This document shows positions 13,310 through 22,331 of a stretch of DNA of 64,000 bases, one piece after another (positions within the stretch are counted from its first letter, which is position 1; the number at the start of each line of letters is the position of its first letter). The DNA lies in contig JANOEH010000024.1 in NCBI GenBank assembly GCA_031413115.1, forward strand, positions 336-64,335, read 5' to 3'. Source of the stretch: Candidatus Eiseniibacteriota bacterium. Lineage in GTDB: Bacteria > Eisenbacteria > RBG-16-71-46 > DASYSL01. A program made the position numbers and the translations under genes. Under the pieces are notes generated by a model. The model saw only the letters and a list, made by a program, of their open reading frames with translations. It had not been told where the DNA came from and did no database searches.

Positions 13310-14775
13310 GGCGTCTTCTCCGACATGGCGGCGAGCGACGCCCGCAGTTGCGACTCGGAGTCCACCAGGAAGTTGGCCCGTGTCACTACATGCTGGCCCA
13401 CCTCCACACCGCTTCTCACCTCGACGTCACTGCCATTCCGTGCGCCGAGCAGGACTTCGCGCGGCGAGAACTTGCCGTCCCCGAGGGCGATGAAGACGAC
13501 ATCCTTCGTGCCGGCACGAATCACCGCATCCGCCGGGATGCGCAGGCCCTCCCGGTCGCGGCCCTCGAGCACGACGTCGCCATACATCTCGGGCTTGAGT
13601 GCCATGTCCGGGTTCGCGAAGTGCATGTGCACCTTCGCCGTTCGCGTCGCCGGATCGAGCAGCGGATCGATGAACGCGACGCTTCCGCGGAAGGTCCGGC
13701 CCGGGTAGGCCTTGAGCGTCATGGCTGCCAGCATGCCGACACGCACGAACGCGAGGTCGCCTTCATAGGCGTCGGCCATGATCCACACCTCGGCGAGATC
13801 GGTGATCTCGAAGGGGGTGTCCCCGGCCCTGACACTCGCACCCTGCACGACGCTTTTGGCCGTGACGACGCCGCTGATCGGCGAGTGAAACGTGAACGTC
13901 TTCGACGGGGTCCGGGTCCGCTCGAGCCGCTGGATCTCGGCGGCCGGGACATCCCACAGCTCGAGCTTCCGCCGCGAGCCCTCAACGAGGGACGCACCGC
14001 TGTTGTTCGTCGAGCCTGCCTTGTCGAGGGCGTCCCGCGTCTGCAGGGCGAGGACGTACTCGTTCTCGGCGGCCAGCATCGAGGGGCTGTAGAGAGAGAA
14101 GAGGGGCTGTCCGCGGCGCACCGGCCTTCCCACGAAGTCGACGAACATCTGCTCGACGTAGCCCTCCACCTTGATGTTCGCCTTGCGGACACGAGTCGGG
14201 TCGACCTCGACCCGGCCGACCGTCCGCCAGCTGCCCGAGACCGGCCCGGGCGTCACGGGTGCGACCTGCAGCCCGATCAATTGCTGGCGCGCCGGGTCGA
14301 TGGTTACGGACGCACGGCCCTCCACCGAAGGCCCCGCATTGCTCTCCTCGCCCTGGTACACCGGGATGTAGTCCATTCCCATCTCGTCCTTGCGGGGAGT
14401 GGGCGACGTCTGATTGGGATCCATGGGGGAGCGGTAGAACCGGATGCTTCGCTCGCCCGCTCCGGGGGCGCCGGCCTTCGCCGCCGCCTTCACTTCGACC
14501 AGCTTCATTCCGCAGATTGGACAGTCTGCGGGATGATCGGAAGTGATCGTGGGATGCATCGGGCACTGGTACAACGGACTGTCCGCGGAAGCCGACGCAC
14601 TGTCGTGTCCCCCTGCGGAGCGGTGTATCGTCCACCAGGTCGCGCCGCCGCCGACCACGACGCCGGCGAGAAGCAGCCCGGCGCCCATGGCCAGGAGCCG
14701 TGTCGTCGACCACGACGTCCGCGGCCGCGTCGCCTTGCCCGCCCTGTCCCCGAGTTCTTCGTCTTCGGTCTTCAC
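13306..14775 (-). CDS. cusB: RND efflux membrane fusion protein (CusB-like) with N-terminal Cys-rich metal-binding domain
   Basis: GTG at 14775 preceded by GGAGGAG; TM anchor; motif YQCPMHPTITSDHPADCPICGMKL (two CP(M/I)C-type pairs) as in CusB-type heavy-metal-binding N-domains; C-terminal HlyD-like barrel. Confidence 0.85.
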   Translation of the reverse strand: MKTEDEELGDRAGKATRPRTSWSTTRLLAMGAGLLLAGVVVGGGATWWTIHRSAGGHDSASASADSPLYQCPMHPTITSDHPADCPICGMKLVEVKAAAKAGAPGAGERSIRFYRSPMDPNQTSPTPRKDEMGMDYIPVYQGEESNAGPSVEGRASVTIDPARQQLIGLQVAPVTPGPVSGSWRTVGRVEVDPTRVRKANIKVEGYVEQMFVDFVGRPVRRGQPLFSLYSPSMLAAENEYVLALQTRDALDKAGSTNNSGASLVEGSRRKLELWDVPAAEIQRLERTRTPSKTFTFHSPISGVVTAKSVVQGASVRAGDTPFEITDLAEVWIMADAYEGDLAFVRVGMLAAMTLKAYPGRTFRGSVAFIDPLLDPATRTAKVHMHFANPDMALKPEMYGDVVLEGRDREGLRIPADAVIRAGTKDVVFIALGDGKFSPREVLLGARNGSDVEVRSGVEVGQHVVTRANFLVDSESQLRASLAAMSEKTP

Positions 14776-14788
14776 GATCTCCTCCGCG

Positions 14789-16297
14789 CTACATCGTCGG
14801 CATGGCTGACGAAGTGGTCCCCGCGGCCGAGGCGGGGGGCGTGCTGCCAGCGGGCGCCGAGGCTGCACCCATTCCGCTGCGACCGGGCATGGAAGCGCCT
14901 CCCAGCACACCGAGCGCCGGGCCCGGGACCGGGTCGAGACTGAGTTCGCGCTGGGCGATTTCGACTCGCAGAGTGGCGCCGACCGATTCGTAGAAGCCGA
15001 CCAGGTCGGCGAGATAGCCGCTCAGGGCGTCGAGCACCGAGGCGAACGGCACGCGCCCCACGCTGTACTGCGCCATGGCACTCGAAACCGTTGCCTGCGA
15101 CTGGATGAGCACCCCCGAGCGATACAGGCGGTTGGTCTCGAGCAGCGCCGTGAGCATCGCCCGCCGTTCCTCGAGCCTCTGCCGGGCGAGCCGCCGGATG
15201 GTCTCGCAGGCGCTCGCGGCCGCTTTCCGGCGCAGCTGGTACTCATCGACGGCCCGGGACTGCTTGCTGCCGGCCCAGAGCGGAAGGGGAAAGGACACGC
15301 CCGCCTGCCACATCGTCTCGAACGTGCCACCCCGCGGCATCACGCCCCCGATCACCGTCAGGTCAGGGAAGTAGTCCTTCTTCGCGAGCGACACGAGAAC
15401 GCCCGACTGTTCGGCTGCGAACTGTGCCTTCTGCAGCTCCGGAGTGCGGGCCTCGACCTCGGCCTCGGCAATCGAGGAATCCGGCAGCGGGGGATCCGCA
15501 ATGTCCCCCAGGGACACCGTGGTCCGGATCGGTTGATCGAGCGGATGTCCGACGGAACGATTGAGCACGGCCAGTCGACGCCTCTCCTCGGACACCAGCG
15601 CCCAGCGTTGTTGCTGAAGCCGGCTTCGCTCCAGCTGGGTTCGCAACACGTCCGATTGCGCGCCTTCGCCGGTCTCGAATCGTGAGCGGGCGAGCCCTTC
15701 CGCCTGGATCCAGAGAGCTTCGAGCGTCCCGAGGACTCTGCTCTGGTCGCGGACGAGGAGCAAGTCCACGTATCCGCGCTCGACTTCGGCCCGCACCGTG
15801 AGGCGGGCCCGTTCAAGATCGGCTTCGGACTGCTTCGCCCCCAGGGTCTGCGCGTTCTCACGGAGCCCGCGCTTTCCGACCCAGGGAAACGTCTGCGCAG
15901 CCACGATGGACCACCAACTCGTCTCCATCTCCCCGATCTGGAGGCCATTGAATCCGTCGTTCTGGATCCCGAGCGAGATCACGGGATCGGGCAGTGCGCG
16001 CGCCTGCGGGATGCGAGCCCGTTCCGCATCCGCCGTCGCCTGCGCCTGTGCGAGCTCAGGGCGACTGCCGAGGGCCTCGCGCAGCAAGCCTGCGATCACG
16101 GAATCCCGTCCAGGTTCCTCGGCGACCGGCGCCGCACCCACGGGCTGCACCACCCCGAGGCCGAGAGTGACGGCGAGATACGTCACGATCCTGCGCGGGG
16201 CTCGGAGTGCCCGCTCCCGGCCAACTCCTGGAAGGTTCGCGTGGCGCGTGCCAGCCAGGGCCGCCACCCGTGCCACGGTTCCGATGCGGAGCTGCAT
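14789..16297 (-). CDS. cusC: Outer membrane efflux factor (CusC/TolC family)
   Basis: ~503 aa from ATG 16297; signal peptide; OEP repeats (LREALGSRPELAQAQ..., second half ASIAEAEVEARTPELQKAQ...). Confidence 0.85.
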   Translation of the reverse strand: MQLRIGTVARVAALAGTRHANLPGVGRERALRAPRRIVTYLAVTLGLGVVQPVGAAPVAEEPGRDSVIAGLLREALGSRPELAQAQATADAERARIPQARALPDPVISLGIQNDGFNGLQIGEMETSWWSIVAAQTFPWVGKRGLRENAQTLGAKQSEADLERARLTVRAEVERGYVDLLLVRDQSRVLGTLEALWIQAEGLARSRFETGEGAQSDVLRTQLERSRLQQQRWALVSEERRRLAVLNRSVGHPLDQPIRTTVSLGDIADPPLPDSSIAEAEVEARTPELQKAQFAAEQSGVLVSLAKKDYFPDLTVIGGVMPRGGTFETMWQAGVSFPLPLWAGSKQSRAVDEYQLRRKAAASACETIRRLARQRLEERRAMLTALLETNRLYRSGVLIQSQATVSSAMAQYSVGRVPFASVLDALSGYLADLVGFYESVGATLRVEIAQRELSLDPVPGPALGVLGGASMPGRSGMGAASAPAGSTPPASAAGTTSSAMPTM

Positions 16298-16483
16298 GGA
16301 CTTCTCCCGTCTGGCCACGATGGGCCGAGGAGCCCGATGGACGATCAGTCAGTGGAAAAGAGTCTCCCGCTCAAGCCGCAGGACCGCTGATCCGCGCCGC
16401 GGGCCGGCAGCCCGCTGGAACTGTAGCGGCTGGGCAGGGCACACGCACGATGCGCGCGTGCTCAGCCCGGCAATCGGGGAGAA

Positions 16484-16924
16484 CTAGGCGGAAACGGGCG
16501 GCGCGCGCCGGCCATGCGCGCCGGGATCATCGGGGAGTGAGGGTCTCCCGACATCGAGCGCCGGAACCCGCCGGATGGTGATCGTTGGAATGAAGACGAT
16601 GCGAGTGTTGCCGAAGACGATCAGTGCAGTCGTCGGGATGGGGGCCGCGACCAGCTCGATCGCCGAGGCCGGTATCGCACTCGGGAGCCGGAAGCACGCA
16701 CAGCCCGAAGGGCAGGCGTCTTGATCGGGCCGATCGGACGTCGAGGCGTGGCCACTCGTCACCGCCCCGCGGGACACGCAACACTCGCGGGAGGCGGCCG
16801 TTTCGGAGGGGGTCGGCGCCGGGTGCTCCTTGCATCCCATGAAGGGACAGTGAGCCGACTCGACCGGCATGAGCAGCGCGAGCGCGGCCGCGATTGCCAG
16901 CTTGGTGATACGAGTTCGAATCAT
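16484..16924 (-). CDS. Cys-rich exported hypothetical protein upstream of cusC
   Basis: ATG 16924 with GGGAGG RBS; signal peptide MIRTRITKLAIAAALALLMPVESAH then CPFMGCKEH...ECCVSRG...DACPSGCACF; GC3 high in this frame; same strand and 5' of cusCBA. Confidence 0.4.
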   Translation of the reverse strand: MIRTRITKLAIAAALALLMPVESAHCPFMGCKEHPAPTPSETAASRECCVSRGAVTSGHASTSDRPDQDACPSGCACFRLPSAIPASAIELVAAPIPTTALIVFGNTRIVFIPTITIRRVPALDVGRPSLPDDPGAHGRRAPPVSA

Positions 16925-17324
16925 CGGTCCGACCCTGCGCCTCCCGACGGTCCGGGCACGGACCATCCAGGAAGACCAGACTCGCAAGAATCACGCCCGT
17001 GTCTCACGGTGGGGAAGTCCGCCGGGCTTCCGTGTGATCCCTACCCTTGTTTCCGGGCACTTTCAGCCCGCTGCGAGGCGTACCTCAGGAAGTGCGAGAT
17101 GGACCCGTTCCCTGACTCGATGACCGGGTTGACCGCCAGCTTGGCAGGCAGCGCAATGCTCACTACTTCCATGACGCGGGAAGGGCATGGCGGCATCTGC
17201 GCAAAGTCGCCCGTACCGTCAATGCGCCGCATTGCGTCGATGATCCCTTCGCCGGAGTGCTACACTTGTTGCCCCGCCGGGCTTGAGCGAACGGCTCCGG
17301 TCGCACGAGCATCGCGGAGGCAAC

Positions 17325-18215
17325 ATGGCTCGACATCACGGATTCGCCGGCGCGATACGTTTCCGGGCGGTTGCCGGCATCGTCCTGGCCACGCTCCTGG
17401 CGGCGGGCCCGGCGCTCGGCGCTTCGAACACGATCCTCATCACGGAAGTCGAGGCCGATCCGGTCCAGCTCGGCTTCGACTCGCCCTTCGAGTGGTTCGA
17501 AATCCAGAACATCAGCGACCAGACGCGCACGCTCACGGACTGGACGATGGCCGACAACCAGGCCTCGGACGCGCTCCCGACGATCGTGCTCGGGCCCGGG
17601 GAATGTGTCGTTCTGGCCACGAACGGCTCGAACTTCAGCACATCGCATCCGGGCTATTCCGGGAGGGTCGTCCAGGTCGGAAGCATCGGCGCCGGCCTCG
17701 AGAACGCCGCGGACTTCATCGTTCTCCGGGACGACTTGGGGACCGACGTCGACTGCGTCTCCTGGGGAACGAGCACGACCTGCTTCAGTCCCGCAGCCGC
17801 CGTCCCCGCGGCGAACACCGCCGTCACCCTGCAGCGTGCATCGACGGTGGACACGGATTCCGGTGCCGATTGGGCGAGCAACACGAACGAGACTCCCTGC
17901 CCCGGGGCCGTCGGCGTGTCGGATCCGCATTCGAGAGTCGGTGGCCCCCGCATCACCATCACCCCGAACCCGGGCTTCGGGCGGACCACGATCTCATGCT
18001 CCGGTGTCGCCGCGGGCCCGTTGGTGGTCGCGATCCATGACGCCACGGGGCGACGCATCCGGACGCTGCGCGACGAGGGCTCAGTATCGACGCGGAGCAT
18101 CGCCTGGAATGGGCTCGACGAGCAGGGCCGCGCCGTCCCCGCAGGATTCTATCTCGTCACCCTCCCGAAACGCCTCGGGGCGCCGGGGGCGGGACGATTC
18201 CTCCTGCTGCGGTGA
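17325..18215 (+). CDS. Lamin-tail-domain (LTD) protein with C-terminal FlgD-Ig/T9SS-type sorting-like domain
   Basis: Signal peptide; ILITEVEADP...FEWFEIQN...LTDWT matches LTD; C-terminus ...ITITPNPGFGRTTIS...GRRIRTL...WNGLDEQGRAVPAGFYLVTL...RFLLLR resembles FlgD Ig-like/Por_Secre_tail. Confidence 0.75.
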   Translation: MARHHGFAGAIRFRAVAGIVLATLLAAGPALGASNTILITEVEADPVQLGFDSPFEWFEIQNISDQTRTLTDWTMADNQASDALPTIVLGPGECVVLATNGSNFSTSHPGYSGRVVQVGSIGAGLENAADFIVLRDDLGTDVDCVSWGTSTTCFSPAAAVPAANTAVTLQRASTVDTDSGADWASNTNETPCPGAVGVSDPHSRVGGPRITITPNPGFGRTTISCSGVAAGPLVVAIHDATGRRIRTLRDEGSVSTRSIAWNGLDEQGRAVPAGFYLVTLPKRLGAPGAGRFLLLR

Positions 18216-18369
18216 CCGGAGTCCCGGGCGACACGCCACACCGGATCCTGCCCCCGCGACCACCCAGCAGGAAGGCGAGATCCTCCTCGGTGAGGATCTC
18301 CTGCAGCCTCCTCCCAGATTTGACGCAGATGATCCCCCTGCTCCGGGGGCATTGCCCTAGGGTCAAACG

Positions 18370-20037
18370 ATGAATCCTACGATCCGCGTGCCTGCCGCCC
18401 TTCGATTCGTCGCATCTCTCGGCCTCCTGCTGATCCTCGGGGCCTGCTCCGGCTCTTCCCTCGACCAGGCGAAGCTCCAGCCGCGGGTGACCCGGCTCGT
18501 CGAAAAGCCGAAGGAATCCGTCGCCGGGGAGACGCTGCTCCAGCGCGACGCGGTCATCGCGTTCTACCAGGCGCGCAAGTTCAAGCCTGCCTGGGACCTC
18601 GGTCCGGGTGCGGCCTCGATCCGCGAGGCGATCGCCGGGATCGGGCAGGACGGCCTCGATCCCGACGAGTACCACCTCGCGCGGATCGACTCGTTGCTCG
18701 CGCGGCGCAAGGAGCAGCGCACCGACGAGCGCGACGCGGAACTCGAGATCCTGTTCAGCGATGCCGTCGCGGGGATGATCGACCACGCGCGGTACGGTCG
18801 CGTCCTGCCGGCCTCGCTCGACAAGCACTGGAACGTCGATCCGCGCAAGGATGCGCCGCCGATCGCCGCGGCGCTGGCGCGCGTGGCCGAGTCGGTGTCG
18901 CCGGCCGCGGGGCTCGAGAAGGAAAAGCTCGATCACTTCATCTATGCCGGCTTGAGGGGCGAGCTGGACCTGCTTTCGAAGGTCGCGCAGCACGGCGGCT
19001 GGGCGGCGATTCCCGTGGGCAAGGCCCTCGTGCCCGGCACTCGCGATCCGCGGATCGCCCTCGTTCGCGCGCGGCTCGCCGCGACCGGGGAGCTGCCGCA
19101 GGGCACGGCGACGGTGGACGACTCCGTCGGCTACGACAGCGACCTCGCGGCGGCGGTGAAGGGCTTCCAGACACGGCATCGCCTGATCGATGACGGAAGG
19201 CTCGACGCCGGCACGCTCGCCGCAATGAACGTCTCGGTCGAGGACCGGATCGACCAGGTGAAGGTGAACCTCGAGCGTTCGCGCTGGGTCCTGCCCGGGC
19301 TCACGGCCGACTTCGTGCTGGTCAACCTCCCCGCGTTCAAGGCCTACCTGATTCGTGACGGCAAGTCCGTCTGGGAGTCGCGCACGCAGATCGGCAAGGA
19401 GGCGCGCCAGACGCCCATCTTCCGCGCCGACATGAAGCAGGTGATCTTCAACCCGACGTGGACGGTGCCGCCGACGATCCTGGCCGAGGACGTGCTGGGC
19501 GGGATCGCACGCGGCGAGGACATGCTGGCGAAGAAGAATCTCAAGGTCTACGACGGCGATGGCAACCTCGTCGATCCGAAGTCGGTCGACTGGAAGAACG
19601 CGACCGCGGGAAACTTTCCCTACACGCTGCGCCAGGACGCCGGCCTCGACAACGCGCTCGGTCGCGTGAAGTTCATGCTGCCGAATTCGTACAACATTTA
19701 CCTGCACGACACGCCCAGTCGCGAGCTGTTCGCCTCCGAGGAGCGCACGTTCAGCTCGGGCTGCATTCGGCTCGAGGATCCGATCGGATTTGCGAAGCAG
19801 CTCCTCTCCGACCAGGGCTACGATGATGCGAAGGTCAATGAAGTCATCGCGACGGGGGAGACCAAGGCGGTGGACCTGACGACACCGCTTCCGGTGCTCA
19901 TCGTCTACTGGACGGTCAGCGTGGGCGCGTCCGGCGAGGTGCGCTACGGGCCCGACGTCTACGACCGCGACGGCATGATCCTCGCAGCGCTGTCCGCGCG
20001 ACGGGGGCTGGTCGCCGCGGCGGCACCGGCGCGTTGA
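18370..20037 (+). CDS. L,D-transpeptidase family lipoprotein (YcbB-like, PG-binding + YkuD domain)
   Basis: 555 aa; lipobox LGACSG; peptidoglycan-binding-like repeat (LAAAVKGFQTRHRLIDDGRLDAGTLAAMN); catalytic HDTPSRELF...SSGCIRL motif. Confidence 0.9.
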   Translation: MNPTIRVPAALRFVASLGLLLILGACSGSSLDQAKLQPRVTRLVEKPKESVAGETLLQRDAVIAFYQARKFKPAWDLGPGAASIREAIAGIGQDGLDPDEYHLARIDSLLARRKEQRTDERDAELEILFSDAVAGMIDHARYGRVLPASLDKHWNVDPRKDAPPIAAALARVAESVSPAAGLEKEKLDHFIYAGLRGELDLLSKVAQHGGWAAIPVGKALVPGTRDPRIALVRARLAATGELPQGTATVDDSVGYDSDLAAAVKGFQTRHRLIDDGRLDAGTLAAMNVSVEDRIDQVKVNLERSRWVLPGLTADFVLVNLPAFKAYLIRDGKSVWESRTQIGKEARQTPIFRADMKQVIFNPTWTVPPTILAEDVLGGIARGEDMLAKKNLKVYDGDGNLVDPKSVDWKNATAGNFPYTLRQDAGLDNALGRVKFMLPNSYNIYLHDTPSRELFASEERTFSSGCIRLEDPIGFAKQLLSDQGYDDAKVNEVIATGETKAVDLTTPLPVLIVYWTVSVGASGEVRYGPDVYDRDGMILAALSARRGLVAAAAPAR

Positions 20038-20077
20038 GCGGGGGTCGACACGGTCCGCCGAGACCGTACCGGGGTCT

Positions 20078-20833
20078 TCAGCCGAGACACCGCTCGAACC
20101 ACGCGAGCGTTCGCTCCCACGCGGCCTGCGCGGCCGCGGGGTGATACGCCGGGCGCACGTCATTGAAGAAGGCGTGCTTCGCGCCGTCGTACTCGACGAC
20201 TTCGTGCGCGGCTCCGAGCGCGCCCAGCTTTTCGCGGATCGCCCCGACATCCGCCGGCGGGATCCCGCCGTCCTCGGATCCGAACAGGCACAGGAGCGGC
20301 GCGCGAATTCCCTCCGCTTCGTCGAGCAGCGGTGCCAGCGCGAGGCCCGTGCGCGGGCGCACGATGCCTCCTCCATAGAAGGAGACGGTCGCCGCCGGGT
20401 CGAGGCGGCAGGCCGCCAGGAACGCCGCGAAGCCGCCGACGCAGAAGCCAACCACGCCGACACGTGCGGGATCGACGTCGCCGCGGCTGCGCAGGTGCGC
20501 GAGCGCGGCGGCCAGGTCCTGCTCGAGTCCGGCGTTGGTCAACAGCGCGAGCTGCGCCATGGCGGGGGGCATGTCCGAGTACGGAATCTCGATCCCGATC
20601 CCGGCGCGGTGGAAGATCTCGGGCGCGAGCGCGACGTAGCCTACCGCGGCGAAGCGGCGGCAGACGTCGCGGATGTGCGCGTTGACGCCGAACGCCTCCT
20701 GCACCACGACGACCGCGGCGTGCGGGCCTGGGGACGCCGGCGCGACGAGCCAGGCGTCCATCGGTCCGTCGGCGGTGGAGATCGTGACACGGGCTTCCGT
20801 GGGGAGAGCGACGGGATCGGTCATGCGGGACAT
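20078..20833 (-). CDS. Dienelactone hydrolase family protein
   Basis: ~251 aa from ATG 20833; DLH-like sequence with nucleophile elbow GFCVGG and C-terminal ...YDGAKHAFFND... Confidence 0.85.
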   Translation of the reverse strand: MSRMTDPVALPTEARVTISTADGPMDAWLVAPASPGPHAAVVVVQEAFGVNAHIRDVCRRFAAVGYVALAPEIFHRAGIGIEIPYSDMPPAMAQLALLTNAGLEQDLAAALAHLRSRGDVDPARVGVVGFCVGGFAAFLAACRLDPAATVSFYGGGIVRPRTGLALAPLLDEAEGIRAPLLCLFGSEDGGIPPADVGAIREKLGALGAAHEVVEYDGAKHAFFNDVRPAYHPAAAQAAWERTLAWFERCLG

Positions 20834-20874
20834 CGTGCCACGGCCCAGGCGCGCGGTCGATGGGGCTCGTGGCA

Positions 20875-21585
20875 TCACGGCGAGCGGCGCCCCGGCACTC
20901 CGCGGAACGCGAGCCAGAAGATGATCGGCAGCTCGCCGAGTTCGAAGATCAACGCCACCTGCCCCACGGCGGGTGCGAACTGCGGCAGCAGGATCACGGT
21001 GAATGCGTTCACGACGTAGGCCAGGCCGGCGGCCATCACCGCGAACCCGAGGGCGCGGGGGAAGTACCCCGAGCGAACGATGAGCCGCCCGAACGGAAAC
21101 AGCCAGAGCCCCCAGAAGATCGAGGCGACGTTGATTCCCTTGTCGTGCAGGCGCATGAAAAAATAGGCGAGGGCGTCGAGCTGCCCGGGCTCGAAGACCG
21201 CGAGGAAGTCGCCGCCGCCGAGCAGCGTGAGCGCGGCCTGCTCGTTGACGACGTTGAGGAACGTGATCGGGACGGACACCAGGCCGCCGAGGACCACCAT
21301 CTGCTTCGCCAGGCGCTCGTCGACGTCCTTGAACAGCCGGTACAGCGCCAGCACGACGAAGATGGCGATCGCCTGGTGGATCAGCTCGCTCGCGATCCCG
21401 ACGCGGAGCAACCACGTGGAGGCACGGATCCGTTCCGCGGTGGCCGTCGCGTCGCCCGCGACGATGAGTTGACCGGGGACGTACAGAAGTCCGATGGGTG
21501 CGATGAGCCCCATGAGGAAATACAGCCTCCCGGCGACCTTCGCGCGCCGGTCGATCGAGTCCGGGACCACGGCGGGCGCGCTCAC
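20875..21585 (-). CDS. DUF4386 family membrane protein
   Basis: 236 aa from GTG 21585 (4-nt GTGA overlap with upstream ORF stop); several TM helices; AKVAGRLYFLMGLIAPIGLLYVPGQLIV... typical DUF4386 N-region. Confidence 0.65.
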   Translation of the reverse strand: MSAPAVVPDSIDRRAKVAGRLYFLMGLIAPIGLLYVPGQLIVAGDATATAERIRASTWLLRVGIASELIHQAIAIFVVLALYRLFKDVDERLAKQMVVLGGLVSVPITFLNVVNEQAALTLLGGGDFLAVFEPGQLDALAYFFMRLHDKGINVASIFWGLWLFPFGRLIVRSGYFPRALGFAVMAAGLAYVVNAFTVILLPQFAPAVGQVALIFELGELPIIFWLAFRGVPGRRSP

Positions 21586-21947
21586 GCCGACTCCGCCGCG
21601 CCGGCGACGACGAGGCCGCGCAGGGCCTTCCGCACGCGTATGCACCACAGTTTGCGCGCGAGGCGCACCGCTCCACGCGGTGCGCTCGAGCGCATGTGCC
21701 GCAGGCCGCCGATGCCGCTGCGGCTGCCGCCGATCGCCTGGAGTCCGAACCTGAGCATGGTTACCCCCACAAAGAGCGCGACCAGCATCGCCGCGAACTC
21801 GACCCGGCGCGACGCAGTGATCGTCGAACGCACGGTCAACAGCCCCGTGAGCGCAAGACAGGCCGTCACGATCGCGGCCGGGAAGTTGATCACCGCCCAG
21901 GTGGCCTGCCGCAACGCGAGGATGTGGACCAGCAGGGTCGCGTGCAT
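21582..21947 (-). CDS. Small hypothetical membrane protein (operon middle gene)
   Basis: 121-aa ORF, GC3 ~90%; two hydrophobic helices; separated from the upstream ORF by only an in-frame TGA plus one codon; 3' end overlaps DUF4386 start. Confidence 0.4.
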   Translation of the reverse strand: MHATLLVHILALRQATWAVINFPAAIVTACLALTGLLTVRSTITASRRVEFAAMLVALFVGVTMLRFGLQAIGGSRSGIGGLRHMRSSAPRGAVRLARKLWCIRVRKALRGLVVAGAAESA

Positions 21948-21950
21948 CCG

Positions 21951-22187
21951 TCAACGCTCCCCGGCGGTTCCGCGTCGAGCGAGAAACTCGTGCTTGAGCA
22001 CGCGCACGAGGGCCCACGTCGTCTTCACGAAGACGATCCGGCCGCACCGTAGCACGGTCGCGGCCGGTCCGGCGACGCACAGGCGATCGAGGATGCAATT
22101 CGCGGCGGCAGAGCGGGCTCCGCTCCCACATTGCAGGGCGAGGGAAGCCAGGAGCACGAGCATGAGTCTTCGAACGAACGGTTGCAT
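21951..22187 (-). CDS. Small exported Cys-containing peptide (~78 aa)
   Basis: ATG 22187 preceded by GAGGAGGA; signal peptide MQPFVRRLMLVLLASLALQCGSGA; 4 Cys; first gene downstream of LytTR response regulator. Confidence 0.35.
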   Translation of the reverse strand: MQPFVRRLMLVLLASLALQCGSGARSAAANCILDRLCVAGPAATVLRCGRIVFVKTTWALVRVLKHEFLARRGTAGER

Positions 22188-22331
22188 GGCGGTCCTCCTC
22201 GACACGAAGGAATGCTGCATGCGAGGAAGTGTGGCCGCCGCGCCGGGCGTGAGGAAGCCGGTTGCGACGAACGGCGGAATCGAGGGAGCGAACGGCGGTG
22301 GGGGCCGACGAACGGCCGGGCGGGTGAAGCC

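Noticed and set aside
16994-17324. 330-nt lower-GC spacer with a 63-aa minus ORF (17041..17232), checked for tRNA/ncRNA
   Set aside because: No tRNA-like T-arm/anticodon structure recognisable. The small ORF has poor coding character. Left unannotated.
21951-21953. TGA between peptide and membrane ORFs considered as selenocysteine
   Set aside because: No SECIS-like hairpin noticed immediately downstream, and no selenoprotein family context. Treated as a stop or possible error instead.
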